Of a stretch of DNA of 64,000 nt, positions 24,170-37,512 are shown in pieces. The DNA lies in contig NC_043002.1 in NCBI RefSeq assembly GCF_006345805.1, positions 27,156,001-27,220,000 on the forward strand, written 5' to 3'. The first letter of the stretch is position 1, and each line of letters starts with the position of its first letter. The notes beneath the pieces are model-generated. The model was given only the letters and a program-made list of their open reading frames with translations, had not been told where the DNA came from and did no database searches. The position numbers were made by a program, and so were the translations under genes. This DNA is from Octopus sinensis. Lineage: Eukaryota.

Positions 24170-26120
24170 CTCTCCTTCTTTCTTTCTGTGTTCCTTTCTG
24201 TCGAAGAGCGTAGGCTCGAAACATTACAGACTATTTCACTTCCCGAGCGTTAAACTAATAAATCAGTTTGTTGTCTACAACACCTGTCTTAGTATTTTGA
24301 TTTTTTGTTAATTCTCCCTATATATATATATGTATGTGTGTGTGTGTGTGTGTAAGTGTGTATGTGTGTGTACTCATATGCATGCATGTATCTATCTTTG
24401 CATAGTATGAATGTATAAAACTACGTTACCCTTATATTTCGCCCACGTGGTCGCACCAGTTGATCCTGACTCCTCTCATCACCCACGAACTTCTACGGAT
24501 TCTCTACTGGATTTTCTACACTTCAGCTGCACCTCTCCTGTCCATGGATTACACTGGACTCCTCTGTTGATGAAAAATTGCCCCAATACACCACGACGTT
24601 CGAAGCTTTTACACGTTTTGAACTTTTCGTAACTTTTTTATACTTTCTAAAATTGTTTTGTACTTTCTGCTTTTTCTTATTGTCGTTTATTCCCATTCTG
24701 TTTGTTCTTACTCCGTTTTCTCTATTCCGCACCTGTTACCTTGCCTTTCTCTCCCTCCTTTCTTTTCCCTTTTTGTCCTCTCTTCTCCCCTTTCTGCCCC
24801 TTTCTCTTTGTTTCTTCCGTCTTCGTCCTTTCTTCTCCCTCCTCTCATATATACTTTTTCTCCTCACGCCTTTTGCATTTATTATCCTCACGCGTTTTGC
24901 TTTTTATCTCCCCACACCTTTTGAATTTCCCCCCCCCAATGTCTTTATTTACCTTCTCCCTCCCCCATTTCCCCTTTTTCTCTTTTCTTTCTCTTCTCCT
25001 CTCGTTTTACAATCATGACCGATTACAAACCTTTCCTCCGCCTCCTCCATTACCATCTAAAATATTACCTTTGCAGACATCCTTTCCGCTGCTTTCAGCC
25101 TTCTATTAACCTTTCCCTACTAATTTTAAAAAAAAACTCGTTTCTGTAGTCACATTTCCTTTCGCGGTCGCTGCTTACATAACCGCCCCATCCCTAAAGG
25201 TTTTCGCCTCCATTTCCACCCCAATCTCCTCTCTGCTACAACCACCATACCCATACTCTGTCCTACATCCTACCCATAGTCCGTACTACATCCCACAGCA
25301 TTATGCGTACCACCATTCGCTCTAATCTCTCCAAAATACATACCATCGACTGTCTTCTCCCTCTTGTTTTTTCCATCTTCTTCTACTCTCAGTCGCCCTC
25401 CCATGCAAAAACTACGTTACGTTACATAATTCAATTAAATCAACTCGTTCATCAATTTCTTGCTCACACCAAACAACGTAAACTCCACTCACTCCTCCAT
25501 TCCATCACACCCGGTGCCACTACCCCAGCTCCTCCACTACCTCTCTCCCTCTCTGATACGCTCCGCCCACTCTGACACAGCTTTCCACCATCCCCACCTC
25601 CCCTCCTCCTTCTATCCCATCCACCCCTTCTCCACTTCAGTCTGTTGTTACCATTGCTCCAGATATTCCCCTCTCGGAGGCGTAGCGCTCCCTCCTCAGT
25701 AGGGGGTCTGCGCTCCATCCAGCAACGAATTTCAGATTCGTGCCGATATCCACAGTTATGTGCGCCGTGTTAGGTTGTGTGCACTTTTCTACGGCACTCT
25801 ACCTACATCTAATGAGGAGAACTGCTTCATCGACCTGGGCCGCCGACCATCCGGTGGACGCCGGCTCCTGGCCAGTTCCAAGGAGTCGATCTTTTTGCAG
25901 ATGCCTGCAAGCGCGCTGTAGACCGGTTTAACTTTTCCAGACGTCCCCGTCATCTGAACATCTCCCCAGCCGAACGCTCGGACCTTCAATGTCACCGACT
26001 CCGCACTGACGTCATCATAAAACGAGCCGACAAGGGTGGAGCCGTGGTGTTGTGGGGCGTGGACCTCTACAAGGTAGAAGCTCTCCGCCAACCTCAAGAC
26101 ACCTCCTTCCTCACGCCCAG
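24170..26120 (+). mobile_element. Penelope-like element 5' part: HHR-bearing pLTR, pyrimidine-rich leader, N-terminal ORF remnant
   Basis: RFCSHISFRGRCLHNRPIPKGFRLHF (~25140) and RHLNISPAERSDL..RTDVIIKRADKGGAVVLWGVDLYKVEALRQPQDTSF (~25950-26110), the motif preceding PLE RT. Linkage of the upstream HHR tail to this ORF is inferred. Confidence 0.75.
24194..24229 (+). ncRNA. HHR variant, degenerate
   Basis: CTTT-CTGTCGA-A-GAGC(gtag)GCTC-GAAAC-ATT-AcAG; same family as 31795. Confidence 0.5.
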
Positions 26121-26124
26121 CTAT

Positions 26125-26194
<70 letters not shown>

Positions 26195-26314
26195 ATATAT
26201 ATGTATGTGTGTATATATACACACACATATGCAAGCATGTATGTATCTATCTATGTATGAATGTATAAAATTATGTTACCCTTAAGTCCTTCCTTTCTTA
26301 ATACAGTAGGATGC

Positions 26315-26715
26315 TAAGGCGGTGAGCTGGCAGAAATGTTACACACCGGGCGAAATGCTTGGTGGTATTTCGTCTGTCTTTATGTTCTGAGTTCAAATTC
26401 CACCGAGGTCGACGTTGCATTTCATCCTTTCGGGGTCGATTAAATAAGTACCAGTTACTTACTGGGGTCGATATAATCGACTTAATCCGTTTGTCTGTCC
26501 TTGTTTGTCCTATCTGTGTTTAGCCCCTTGTGGGTAGTAAAGAAATATGTATTTCGTCTGTCTTTATGTTCTGAGTTCAAATTTCGCCGACGTCAACTTT
26601 GCCTTTCATCATTTCGGGGTCGATAAATTAAGCACCAGTCGCTTACTGGTGTCGATCTAATCGACTGGGCCCGTACCTTCAAATTTCGGGCCTTGTGTCG
26701 AGAGTAGAAAAGAAT
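26315..26715 (+). mobile_element. SINE family B, tandem dimer
   Basis: Full head and core followed by a second TATTTCGTCTGTCTTTATGTTCTGAGTTCAAATT..core unit. Confidence 0.9.
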
Positions 26716-27697
26716 ATAGTAGGATGCTACCTGAGACAGATTTGTCTGTAATATCTTGCTGAACGACCGCCTCAAACATGCTATTTTGTTTCCCTGACTC
26801 ACACAGCCTTCTATTATACTTTTTCAATCGTGCATAGAATAAAGGGAGGAACACATTAAACTATATAAAAAAAAACTTTATATACTGAAGTTATCTATGT
26901 CAAAATCAATTTGATAAAAACATTATGTTCACTGTAATGTGCTAAGTTAATAAAAAAGCGAAATAACGAAGAAGTGGTAACATGTTAGATAATATCTACA
27001 TCTTTTCAAACGGAAAATGTTTAAAAAAACACTGGAACTCAATCTTACGTTAAATCTCTGTAAATATTTTGAAATATAGAACTAATTTGTATTCGAACTG
27101 TGAAAAGCGATCTGATAGATTATGATATTTTCTACAACATAAAATCCAATTTCATTCTGATAAGTAACTGTTTATTCATTTGCTAACATTTATTGCTAAT
27201 AACAGAATCGTAACAACATAATTACTTTCTATATATGTGTTTGTTACATTAAGTAAATTAAATTAGTGAATAGTAAATTATATCCACGTATATTCAACAA
27301 ATGGTAGTTTTTCTTTCAGTATCTATTGTTTATATACATTCTCGGAAAGCAAAAGAAATAATGGTGTGATGATACTGTAAATAATCACAATATTAGAATA
27401 TCTATAAATCAATGAAGAGTGATTTTATTATACACCCGCCAACACATACTGAGTTGCTTAGATTGGCAAACACACGCCTCCACAAACACTTATAAAAAAA
27501 TTCATTGTCAGTGAAATCGCACTAACGGCGCGATACAGTTTATTCAAATAGTGACTATAAGCCACGTACACGAAAACCTTCGACATCTCTATGGATAAAG
27601 TGATATTTTCTCTTAAAATTTACATGAAAATTGAATCGTTTATTTAGTCAAAACCTTATTGGCTTTATGTATATATGAACAAAAGCAATTTTAATTT

Positions 27698-27777
<80 letters not shown>

Positions 27778-28012
27778 AGGGGATGTTTGTGTGGTAATGT
27801 GTAAGTACCCCAATACCTCACAAGAGAACATGATTCATAAATCTAAATATTTGAACTTACTTGCGTTCGTTTCAAGAATGTCAAGAAATGTGAAAAGAAA
27901 GTCAGAAGGTAGGCCGAGATTCACGTCAGCAACTAGAGCAGAAAAAATTATACCATTTACTAATTGCATGTAAGGTTCAAGGTTTACATACATATATGCA
28001 GATACAGGTCTC

Positions 28013-28075
<63 letters not shown>

Positions 28076-28217
28076 CATGTTTACAGAAAACAAAAGACGA
28101 TGATAGGTGTAGAAAGAACAAGCAGGTATATTAGTTTAAAGCACAGGAAGAATGAAAAAATCGTTTCTTTGACAAAAAAGATTAAGAGGAGAGAGAAGGA
28201 GAAAAAAACGGAATATA

Positions 28218-28751
28218 CAGGGTGTCCCAAAAAATCACTATATACTTTTTTCTATTTCGTTTCATGCATCATCTGGTGAGAAGGAAGGCCATCAGCATTT
28301 GACATCGTAGACTTCGCAGCTTTTGTAAGTGTATCATTCCCTTGCCCTTGGCACACCATACCACCAGATTCGGAGAGACTCACTGATGTTCGAAAATTTA
28401 TGCTGGTTTTGATTTTCGCCAAATTCAACACTTGTGTCGGTGTACCCGTCCAGAGAGGTGAAAGACTCATCTCTGAACCATTTTGGCAATGGTAGAGGAG
28501 TGATTCACACATTTCCACACGAGCATCACTTGCAATGAACTGCTGTAGGACACTGAAAAACTTCTTTCCAGGTGGCAATTTTGCAAGGCTGCTTTAATGT
28601 CAATTGGCAAGCCATGGGCAAGGAAATGATACATTTACACAAACTGCAAAGTCTAAGGTGTCAAATGCTGATGGCCTCACGTCTCTCTGTATGATACTTG
28701 AAAATGAAATTAAAAAAAAAGAAATTGTATAGTGACTTTCGGGGCACCCTG
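28218..28751. mobile_element. Non-autonomous Tc1/mariner (MITE-like) with TA TSD and long imperfect TIRs
   Basis: TA|CAGGGTGTCCCAAAAAATCACTATA ... TATAGTGACTTTCGGGGCACCCTG|TA; inverted similarity continues ~140 bp inward (28285-28355 vs 28612-28678). Confidence 0.9.
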
Positions 28752-28814
<63 letters not shown>

Positions 28815-28819
28815 TTAAC

Positions 28820-29720
28820 GGCGGTGTATCAGCATGGCCACAGCTCTGGGTGTCAAGAGCAATACATTGGCCAAACAAAAAATAGCATTCAACCAACACA
28901 TAGACATTTGCGCCAACAACAAAAATCCAAGCTTCAGAATATTTCCCCTCTACCAATTCAGGGACGATACAGCCTGGAACCAACGAATTAGTAAAGAAAC
29001 TCTGTTTATTACAAAATACAGTCCCCTTCCGAACGGGTCTACGACAAAGGACATGTCCACCTCGGCCTTAGAACAACACAAATACACACGAAAATATTTA
29101 AAATGATACACTCAAGAGATTCCCAAGAATTCATTAAAAAACAGTGCTAATCACTGCTATAATCCTTAACGTGCCAATTTTAAGTCATTTAACACTTTAC
29201 TACTTTCTACATTCATTCTTATTCTCCCTTCTCTTTCTTCTTCTTCTTCTTCTTCTTCTTCTTCTTCTTCTTCTTCTTCTTCTTCTTCTTCTTCTTCTCC
29301 TTTCTCCTTCCTAACTTTATCACTAATGCTTTTTAGATAACACCTACTCAAATTCTATAAACAAAACATTCTAAAGAAATATTTTCATGAATTGAACAGC
29401 AACTGCTGCCATCTACTGACCATTCAAAATACTACTATCATGGCACTCCCAATTCTTCCCCTTCTTCCCCTTCTCCTCCTTCATTTTTTCTTCTTCTTCT
29501 TCCCTACCAAGAATTCAGAAGAACCTAGAACCCATAAGAGTAAACAAGAGTCACAGAGAGAGGCAGGAACAAGAAAATGCCATTTGTATTTGAACACTAT
29601 GCAAATATTCATTTAAAAAATTTATCTTTTAATTTTTCTAAATTTAATTATTTAATTGTTACAGTTGAAAAAGTCTCAATGACTGAAACCGGTACTGAAA
29701 TGTTTTTTATAAAATTATTT
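28820..29720 (+). mobile_element. Penelope-like 3' end (GIY-YIG + 3' UTR + HHR)
   Basis: GCQEQYIGQT, then FNQHIDICANNKNPSFRIFPLYQF..RISKETLFITKYSP; homologous by eye to the 37.7/41.7-kb endonuclease. Confidence 0.85.
29662..29697 (+). ncRNA. Minimal HHR with U3:A8 core
   Basis: CAG-TTGAAAA-AGTC(tcaat)GACT-GAAA-CCGG-TA-CTG. Confidence 0.75.
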
Positions 29721-29749
29721 TAGCATTTTCTATCTTGACTTTTTTTTCC

Positions 29750-29781
<32 letters not shown>

Positions 29782-29849
29782 ATATATATATACTTATATA
29801 TGTTGTGTATGTGTGTGTGTGGATAGACAGACATGCAGACAAACAGATA

Positions 29850-29962
<113 letters not shown>

Positions 29963-30058
29963 ATAGAAAACAACGTTAATTTATTTCTATTGTAGTAGAA
30001 ATATAGGAAAAATAGAATTTGAAAATGCTCTGGGAATATTTTAAATATATTTTTTATT

Positions 30059-30378
30059 ATTACTAGCTTAAGGTGACCCGCTCTACGCGCGGGTAAGAGT
30101 GTGGTTGTTACTTTCTGTTGCTTCCTTTCTGCTTTTTATCACTACATTCTCCCTCTTTCTTTCTCTCTCACTTTCCCACTCTCTTGCTCTTCATTTTTCT
30201 CGGACTCTCCTTCGCTTTCTCTTACTCTCTATTTTTCTCTATCTATCTGTCTCCCATTTATAAACAACAAAAGATCTTGCAGACAGACGTAGAGAGAGAG
30301 AGAGAGAGAGCGAGCGCTGGCGAAGGAAAGATAGTAGACGCTATCAAATGACGTTATACAGAGAATGTGAAAAGAAGG

Positions 30379-30418
<40 letters not shown>

Positions 30419-30772
30419 GAAAACAAGCAGACAATAGAATGCGATGGCGGCGAGGGTAAGATAATAGACGCTGTGAAACGACGTTATAGATAGAAAGTAA
30501 TGGGAAGGGAGGAAAGAGAGTGAGTGATGGAGGAAGACAGATACATAAAAGAATGAGAGTAGACTTGTCAAAGTGCGTTTTTGGCCCTAGCAACGACACT
30601 TTTTAAAATGAGGATTTCTAACGTAGCCCACTCGCATCCTCACCTCATTTTACATGTTCCTGTAAATTTTGGAGTCAATCCGACGGGATCTAGTGGCATT
30701 TAACCCGTTCTCAATACCAAAACCAGACAAACAAACAAACTTTTCGCATTTCAGAATTATAATATAGAGATA
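30059..30772 (+). mobile_element. Non-autonomous Helitron/Helentron-like element (Lep1/HINE-like ends)
   Basis: 5' TACTAGC..ACCCGC(tctacgc)GCGGGT hairpin; 3' GTAAATTTTGGAGTCAATCCG..CAGACAAACAAACAAACTTTTCGCATT..TATAATATAGAGAT; family assignment is from recalled end motifs. Confidence 0.55.
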
Positions 30773-31794
30773 TTTAAAGGTTTAACTGGTTTCACAGTGT
30801 GCACTAATTTTCAAAAAGTTGAAATACAAAGATGTGGCTTACGTCGCAGCTCTCTTGCTTCTGACTAGTGTTTGAAGCTTACCCTATTTTTATAGGGAGT
30901 TCATGGCTCAAATTAGTATATGTTTTGAATAGGGCTTGACTGGTAAATGATAGTCATATTCGTGATCTTAGAAACTTTTGTAGTTTCCCCGCTACGTCCG
31001 TGTGTTAGTATCAATAAACAATGTTTAGCGTCGTAAGTTTAGGCTGACACGATTGACTGAACAAGTCAAGTAGTAGAACTAAACAGTAATGCTCTGAATG
31101 CTTTGTGTAGAGAATGAACACGTGATTAAATTTAGAAGCTTCTGCACGTTTCCCGCAACGAGCGTGCGTTAGTGTCACATGACAGCCAGCACAAGCAATA
31201 CTGGTCAACCTGGAGCCGGTTTGGAAATTAGCGCCAAATAGATGTTTGTTTTTCATCAGCAAAAAAAAAATCCCTCAGCTTACTACTACTAAAATTTTCC
31301 TCCACCATGCCCGTATAAGTTCGTTTGAAGTGACCAAAGACTATTTAAACAAACGAAATGCGTGAAATTATTTATAGATGAATATTAGTCACGATGGTAT
31401 TATTTAAATACCATCACATGCTTGTGGTGAAGTAAGACGTTTTTAATGTTCACTAGAATTTTGTTTTCTTACCATGTCTGTATTAGATTTGTGAATATTC
31501 TGTGGTAGAGAAGCATTTTTGAATGTTATTTTTAGCGATGTAGGTGCTCACGTGGTGCCTTCCTGTACGTAAATATAAGTATATCTGATATTGTATGCAT
31601 ATATTTTATTAATTTGCTTGTATGGCTGATAAACGTTCTTGCCACACGTGATGATATTTTAATAATACCATCCCTTCTTATATATCGTTCTTCCTAGCTC
31701 TCCTGTCTGACCACCTTTGTCTGGCATTGACCATGGTTGATCGCTAGCCACTAAACCTTTTGTTTTCTCTCTCTCTCTGCTTATTTCTGTGTTC

Positions 31795-31830
31795 CTTTCT
31801 GTTGAAGAGCGTAGGCTCGAAACGTAAAAG
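31795..31830 (+). ncRNA. Minimal HHR variant (CUGUUGA core) in a short pLTR-like element (~31770-31922)
   Basis: CTTT-CTGTTGA-A-GAGC(gtag)GCTC-GAAAC-GT-A-AAAG; all stems intact; tail matches 24230-24320 and ends at (TA)n. Confidence 0.7.
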
Positions 31831-32798
31831 ATTTTCTCACTTCCCGAGCGTTAAACTAATACATCTGTTCGTTGTTTACACACCCGTTTTCATTTTTTGT
31901 TTTTTCTTTGTAAATTCCCATATATATATTATATATATATATATTATATATATATATATATTATATATATATATATTAAGAAAACTGAAATCATTGTATG
32001 ATTGTAGACAGGTAAGATCACCTGATAGCATTTACACGCGTCTGAGAACAAACGGAAGCGAATGGTACATAAAATTAACGGATGACTGCTTCATTAAATC
32101 TGTGATTATTTAGTTCATGTTTATTACTGAACATACACAGTTATATATATTAACGAAGACGTCATTTCAAAATATTACTAATCTGTCATCTTAGCCAATT
32201 AAAATGAAATGGAACAGTAACAGGACAGTTGGAAACCAATGAACAACGACGAATTTATGAGGATTAAAATTAAAAAGCTAATGCAGCCCAGAATTTCTAT
32301 CATCTATTTATTCATACTGAAAGTCATGGCTTCATGAATTATTAATGAAAATTATTATATCAGCTCTGTTCACTCTAGCAACCCTGACATCACATTATTT
32401 CTTGTTCGAGTTCAACATAAAATCTTTCCTACTGAAGAGGAAATCGTAAAAGAGAAGTTTAAAGCTTGAGCGTTACTCTAGTGACGCAGAGGTTTATTCT
32501 TCACACAAACCTACGCCTGAACGGATCTGATTATATATGCTGGTTCGTCTCAGAGAGGAGTAGTCGATTACATATCAGCAGTCAATTCTTCTGGAATAAT
32601 CCAGAATATGAAACAACCGATGGCAATATTCTTGGCTGTATTAACAATCTATGAATATATATACTTCAGGCTACATCTATATCTAGTACTCTTTTTATTC
32701 TTGGGCTTTCTTGTGTATTTTATATATGAGTGCATCTCTGCATATGTACATTCACACATACATATATACATGTATCTTGAATATATACATATATCTGC

Positions 32799-32834
<36 letters not shown>

Positions 32835-34804
32835 AAGTGTGAGAGTTGTGTGGGGGTGTACTACGCATTGAGTTGTATTTGTGTAACTTACCAAACCTAT
32901 ACATACACAAACTCACACAAACATACATTTAGACATACACACGCACACACACACACACACACACATACGTGCATACTTGTGTGTATTGTGAACCACTTTC
33001 CTTTTTATTTCAAAGTTTTATTAACGTTTTCGCGTATTCGCATACCAAATTTTTAGTTCGTCTGAAGCAATGGTATTCACATCTCATTCCTTTTACCAAT
33101 ATTTTGAGGTTACATCAGCCTCATCTTCATAATGTGCAGTTATTTTGTGTTCAATGTTGCTCGTTTCAAAACAGGGACCCTGTAATTATAGATGTCCTAC
33201 CAAACTTTGGCCATTTTATACATAAATCAATTTATACATAGATTCTAGAATAACCCAGATATAAAATTACCAGTACAATCCACTTGGATATATTGGAAAT
33301 ATAAAATGATAAAGCTTTTTTGTGTGTGCTATATACTCATAGAGGCGGTTTATTGGATTTATTTATTGGAGTATATATTTCCGTCAGGATGAGTGAAGTT
33401 GAGCCACATGAAATGAAGTATTTTCCTCAGGAACATAATTCATCGAATCATGAGTCTTACACCCTAGCCACTAAACCACACACCATAACTATTAGGAATG
33501 TATGCCTACATATACTACTATCTACATCTACTTCAGGTGCTCGTTTTTATTCGTGTAAATTCTGTTCTATTTTACATAGTGTGTATTTGTGTGTGCGTGT
33601 TTGTCTGCGTGTGTGCGTGTGTGTGTTCGCGCACGTGTTCGTGTGTGTGTTCGCGCACGTGTTCGTGTGTGCGTGTATGTGCGTGTCGCCAAGTAAACTG
33701 TTTAGATGTCAACATAATTTCACTCATGAAGCATTGGCCAACGCCAGGTTGCCGTGGAAGACGCTTGATGTCCATTCTAATGAAATTGAACTCGAAGCCA
33801 TGAAGTTCCCAACACCTACACCCACCCATACACACACACTGTACAACAATGTTTGATATACATGGTCTACAACTTATATGAAAAATCAATCGAAGTGACT
33901 GTAGTAAATATTTTTACAGCTGATAAATTTCAATTCAAATATGACAGTAATTAAAATGTTATTAAAAAAAAGAAAGCCGAGGCAGCAATGATGTATCAAC
34001 TTATAATGCAAATAATGAAAGCTGATAAGAGTGGCGTATAGTATAGCTGACGATGCGTTTTCCATGTTCTATACTATGGGAAATTACGCGTGTTGCGACT
34101 GAAATAGTTAGATACTTGACGTAATGTTCGCTTGTAAATTTAGAATGCTTCTGTCCTGAATAACATAACTAGTAGAATATACTTTTATCGAATAGATTTT
34201 AAAGTAATCTTTCTCAAAATTACTTACAAGTATTATTCTTTAAATGCACTTATCTTGTTACACTTAACAAAGAAACAATCGTTTTACCCCTTCCTTTCTT
34301 ATCACGGACAGCGCTCTGTTAAAAGCATGAACGTTGCTGTAAATGCAAGACATCAAAACACACTGATGGTTTCTCCTTATGATCTCGTATAAATAACATT
34401 GTAATTTCTGCGTTCCACAACCTAGTCTTCTATAAAGAGCCAGAACAACGTCAGGCCTGAACAGCTCTGCGATTGGACATGTAGCACATCAAGCGCTTTG
34501 CAAACCAAGAATGTGTCTTGGGAATATACACATAATTCTCAAAATGGATTTATCATGTACGTCTGAGACATGAATTTAGAATTAGAATTATGCTACTGTT
34601 GCATATTTAGAACAAACTTCTTAAGTCAGCAAATAACTTTGGAAACATTGTTATTCATTAATTTATAAATATTGCTTGGACCGTGGTCTGCCGTAATGTA
34701 GTAGATTTACGCACATAATCACACACACATAATAGTAGTAGTAGTGGGTTTGTGTGGTTTTGGTATTGGTATTGCTGGTCTGATCGAGCTGAGCTATGAT
34801 TCAT

Positions 34805-34844
<40 letters not shown>

Positions 34845-35858
34845 GAATTTGGAATGGATACATGTGTACTAGATTTATTTTTATGAAGACACAACTATTT
34901 AAAAAGTCAAACAAAGGTTATATCATTTCCCTTTGCGCCAAAGACATCATTACGTGCATGTACAAATGGAATCATAGAATATTTAGTTATACACACTATC
35001 AGTAGTTTTATCCTTTCATAAGAACATATTTAGACACCTTTTCATACATTAAATGATATAGCAATCCACATATCAAAATAAACAAGAATGAAAAACGAGT
35101 ATTCTAACTAAAAAATAGCCTGTCACAGAAAGCATAAGCAGAAAAGCGACGCACCAAATACATTAGATATCATACTTATTATAATATGCGCAGACCTCAC
35201 ATAAATGATATTATATAACAGAACTGATGAGCTCATTTCCACAAAGTGAGTTAAAGAGAAAACTTAATACAATACACAAAATAACATTAACAATAATAAA
35301 CTAAAAAACACTAAACTGGAAAACCTCATCATCATCAATTAGCCACTAGCAAAATCACACACAAAAATTTTGTTAAAAAACAAGTTAATTTATACTTTTT
35401 ATTGGAAATTTTAAAATTTTAAAGTTTATGCTTCTATTTGCTATATTGACCATCCAATTATCACAATCTAACTCCCGCTGTACATCACTAAGAAAAAGTA
35501 ATTACAATGCGGAACACAAAACGCAAAGCAAAACTCGAGTTGATAGAATACATATGCCGTACAGAATTTCTCTCGTAAAAAAGATGTTTAATATTCGCTG
35601 TAATATTCAAAGCAGTGCACAATACAAAAATAAACACAAACAACCTCGAGTATTGATGAAGTGAGATAAAATTTACAGACACTGCATAAATCTAACAGTC
35701 AAGTTCAAATTGCGGTGGTAATTATCAAAATCAAGCACATTGGCCCTGGTAATTGAGCCAAAAAAAAAAAAAAAGAAATGAATAGCAATAAATTTAGCAT
35801 TTAATACATTTAACTTCATCCTGGTAATTCGTCTATAAATGTGTGTATATATATATAT

Positions 35859-35913
<55 letters not shown>

Positions 35914-36524
35914 TATATATGTATATATATATATCAATATATATATCAATATATATATATATATATGTATTCAAGCATGCATGTATGTATATATGCATGA
36001 TTTCGTCAGTGGGGTACTTTGCATCAGTGACTAATATACACAGTAACCTAAATAAAATCATATTAAAATGATTTAAAACTAGAAGTAATGCATCAAACAC
36101 AGATAAAGGAAAAGTGCTCCCCATACTTGTACACGTACATGAATACATGGATGATTATTGAATTTAGTTGTCGTTACTGTTGTACATAGGATAAATGTGT
36201 TTGAAAGCTGCGGCTTCTTTGGTATGCTTGTTCCCAAATAACACTTCTTGTAGTGCTGTTGACATCGCCGAATTGAATGGTACCGCCCAGGTATCGAAAC
36301 CGTAATTATATCCGTGGGGCAGCGAATGATGGAGGTATGTTGGATTGTTGATAATGGCTGCTTTTATATATGTGGAACAGTATTATAACACATCCATTTG
36401 ATATATACAAAGCACATATTACATACATGCATTTATACATGTATGCATGTATATATATATATATATAATATATATATATATTATATATATATATATATAC
36501 ATATTATATGTGTGAGTGAGACGA

Positions 36525-36800
36525 TATTGGACAGACTATCGCATGTTGTTATACATCGCTGGCCACAATGAGCTTCGCATTGTTTTAGACTTCGAATGAG
36601 GCCGCCCCACTGGTAAGGTGAGCAAGAGTAACGTTTCTTCTAAATCGATGGGTTACCCGTTTATAGCTGGGTGAGAACTAGAGTAACGTAAAATGAAGTG
36701 TCTTGCTCAATAACACAACGTACCGCCAGGTACTGGAATCGAAACCATGTTCTAGCAATCCTGAGTGCAACACCCTCACCACTAAGAGACGCGCTTTCAC
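36525..36800 (-). mobile_element. tRNA-derived SINE family C
   Basis: Minus strand CTTAGTGGTGAGGGTGTTGCACTCAGGA..GGTTTCGATTCC..TTGAGCAAGACACTTCATTTTACGTTACTC. Confidence 0.8.
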
Positions 36801-36864
36801 ATTTTTTTTTTCTCTAGTTTCAGCTCAGAGCTGCAGCCATGCTGCTGCACCGCCGTTTTGTGCT

Positions 36865-37275
36865 ACACTGTTATTACGAAGAACCTCGTCTAATATGTGG
36901 CACTTGGTGAAGAATGGAGTTTGATATAGCTACTCTCATTTGCACCTCTTGCCGTGAGGTAGGTTCATCTGGGACTCTTGACAGGAAGATGTCCAGCTTT
37001 GATTTAAAAACCACTACATCAACTTTGTGCAAGTTCCTCAGACTCTTTGGGAGAATATTAAAAGCTGTGGGCCCTTGAAACCCAGGCTGTTGCAGGAGCT
37101 GGTCCTGAAGCATGGCATTGCTGGGATCTTTGGCACTATGCAGTGTCGTCCCGTTCTAGCATTGGTGTAGCTTACAATGCCAAAATTTGGCACAATTCCT
37201 TCCAGGATCTTCCAGACATATATTACTACATACCTCTCCCGTCTTCTCTCCAGGGAGTAGAGTCTTATATTTATT
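36865..37275 (-). mobile_element. CR1-group LINE 3' end
   Basis: LYSLERRRERYVVIYVWKILEGIVPNFG..RTGRHCIVPKIP and GPTAFNILPKSLRNLHKVDVVVFKSKLDIFLSRVPDEP. Confidence 0.88.
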
Positions 37276-37291
37276 TATATGTATGCATATG

Positions 37292-37338
<47 letters not shown>

Positions 37339-37512
37339 TAAGAAAGTTTGTTTGGTAAAGCACGTGGGTGAATATATAAGAAAATAGTAAAGTGTGAAAA
37401 AAACGACAGAAGGCTTAAATGTTTAAAAAATATATATATTGTGTCAAAATGTCTGGAGAATATTGGAAAAATTTTTTTCCTTTCCTTAAAATGACATAAT
37501 TTTAAAATTTTA

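Noticed and set aside
33097-33179. Putative 83-nt minus-strand exon (GPCFETSNIEHKITAHYEDEADVTSKY) with AG/GT ends
   Set aside because: Weak splice signals, no recognisable homology and no partner exons; needs RNA-seq.
34290-34560. Possible piggyBac cysteine-rich tail
   Set aside because: Cysteine spacing could not be reconstructed.
35224-35260. CTGATGA-GCTCA..TGAGT motif
   Set aside because: GAAA and stem III are missing (TAAA follows); at best a relic.
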